Positions 62,317-64,000 of a stretch of 64,000 bases of DNA are shown piece after piece (position 1 is the first letter of the stretch; each line of letters starts with the position of its first letter). The position numbers and the translations under genes were made by a program. The notes beneath the pieces are model-generated. The model searched no databases. It was not told where the DNA came from and saw only the letters and a program-made list of their open reading frames with translations. The stretch comes from Marsupella aquatica (Eukaryota; Plantae; Marchantiophyta), in contig OZ316894.1 in the NCBI GenBank assembly GCA_973895155.1, forward strand, positions 434,001-498,000, written 5' to 3'.

Positions 62317-62730
62317 ACATTACTCTTCGGAACTGGAGCTTGATAATCTTATACTTACATGGTGAGTTTGGAGACTGTCACTTCCTACCGAGCTACTCAT
62401 CCGATTGAGCTTCTTTTGCCCTATCATCGATAAATTTGAGAGTTTTCCTTTTTCTCTCTTTCACACAGCGAGGCACTATTTCTTCATGATAGGTATCAAT
62501 AGCGTAGCACGGAAGGGTTAACTTCTCTGGCGAGAATAATGCCAAAGCTTCCTCCCACGCGAGCTTGACAAGCCGTCTGTCCTGGCTGTCCCATTCCGCT
62601 GTAGTTGACTCGGTAGTCCTGTCAGGAATTGCTACTTAGTTATACTTAAATCCAATCAAATAATGTATTGCGCCCAGAATAGACGTAAACAAGAAGGCAT
62701 CTGTCGGGGAAGGTAGTCGACATGGATCAA

Positions 62731-63049
62731 CGGATCTCGGAGAGGCCAGCCAAGATCACTCTTCCTGAGACGGATCTCGGAGAGGCCAGCCGAGATGACT
62801 ATTCCTAAGACAGATCTCAGAGAGGCCAACCAAGATTGACTATTCCTGAGACAGATCTTGGAGACGCCAGCCGAGATGATTTCCTGAGATGGATCTCGGA
62901 GAGGCTAGCCGAGATGATTGTTCCTGAGACGGATCTCAAAGAGGCCAGCCGAGATTGACTCATCCTGAGACGGATCTTGGAGAGGCCAGCCGAGATCACT
63001 CTTCCTCAGATGGATCTTGGAGAGGCCCGCCAAGATGACTCTTCCTGAG
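62731..63049 (+). repeat. 40-bp tandem repeat, ~8 copies
   Basis: CGGATCTCGGAGAGGCCAGCCGAGATCACTCTTCCTGAGA-like units. Confidence 0.9.
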
Positions 63050-63248
63050 TTGCATGTAGAGGAATGAATCCTGGCGAGGTCCGCCAACATGCATCTCAAG
63101 TTAGGACTTGCCCTCGCTTGTAGAGGAGGCCAGACACTATGAATGTCAGCGAGGTCAGCCGACATGCATACATATCGGTGAGGCCACTGACTTGTATCCC
63201 TCTATTGTCAACCATTGCGACGAGCAAGCAAATATGAAATGAACAACG

Positions 63249-64000
63249 TCAAACGCCAAAAAACTTACATGTTGTTGCCAAGAGTACTACTGGCTTTTTC
63301 TTCTTGCGCTTTTCTGGATTGGCTTTTGAACGGACCACCTCTTCCTCCTCCGGGGAGATCACTCCAACCAGTTGTGCCAGTTGGTCTTGCGCACAAGTTC
63401 CGAAGTGAGGATAGGATTCAGTCCCAAACACCATCCGCCCGCAATTTTCACCCGCCTTGAATATTGCCCCAAATTGTGCGTTGAAAGTGAGGATAGTTGC
63501 CCCAGGGTGTGTTGTATATTTGATGATACATTGGAGCGTTGTTGGTGACAATGTGCCCGCAAAAGGATCGTTAACCTGATTCTTCTTGGATGTATAGTTC
63601 GTTAGCCCATTCCTACTCTTCATATCAAGCTCTGCACTAATTGGTGCCACATCATCCTTTGGGCATATCTCCACAACAGATTGAAACCCCCATAGGTCTA
63701 GCTTGAGATATTCGCTCTAGATCGGCCAAACATATTCAGAGGTCAGACTTCCTCAGTTTAGGATAGTAAGTCATTGGAATAAAAAATAAATGAAGAAGTA
63801 GGTAATTGATGGGACTTACTCGCTTCCCAGTCCTACCATCGTAGGTGGATGTGTTGTTCTAGATAAAGAAGCTTTCTTTCAACCCCCAGTTGGTATTCTC
63901 GTAAACTAATGCATCATAAATGCAAGTTGAGTGCCGAAGCGAACCACTGTGCACGATGGCAAACAGTCCTTCAAAATCAAGGACATCTTGAGCAAACTCC
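63249..64000 (-). pseudogene. Possible divergent N6A/N4C DNA-methyltransferase-fold remnant; runs off the window
   Basis: LQCIIKYTTHPGATILTFNAQFGAIFKAGENCGRMVFGTE resembles the beta-class MTase C-terminus; upstream segment EFAQDVLDFEGLFAI with an in-frame stop and a GTAAGT donor. Confidence 0.45.

Noticed and set aside
62731-63049. Palindromic 40-bp repeats as a CRISPR array
   Set aside because: Units are head-to-tail with no unique spacers, no cas genes, eukaryotic context

Overview
Eukaryotic (plant-type; probably a non-seed land plant, by inference only) repeat-dense window made almost entirely of nested transposable elements. 1-37.7 kb is a multi-level nest. It holds three copies of a non-chromovirus Ty3/gypsy family ('A'), four ~4-kb TG...CA cassettes with 5-bp TSDs (D1, B1, B2, C), and a young intact Bianca-type Ty1/copia with identical LTRs. 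Main observation: family A has a ~4.7-kb LTR (14973-19632) that starts right after the polypurine tract and itself carries a ~1200-codon accessory ORF. Cassettes B, C and D look like solo LTRs of three other families, each with one long ORF whose N-terminal domain resembles that of the A ORF. This suggests a group of gypsy elements with gene-encoding giant LTRs that leave protein-coding solo LTRs behind. Family A also shows a candidate -1 frameshift signal (G GAT TTT plus stem-loop/pseudoknot) between protease and RT. The right part holds an intron-containing Sola2-like DDD transposase pseudogene, an apparently intact Crinkler-like REase+kinase gene, a full-length decayed L1-type LINE (17-bp TSD), a G-rich minisatellite, a truncated copia, a Ulp1-like protease and a DNA-methyltransferase-fold remnant. 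All family assignments come from motif recognition by eye; no database search was run.
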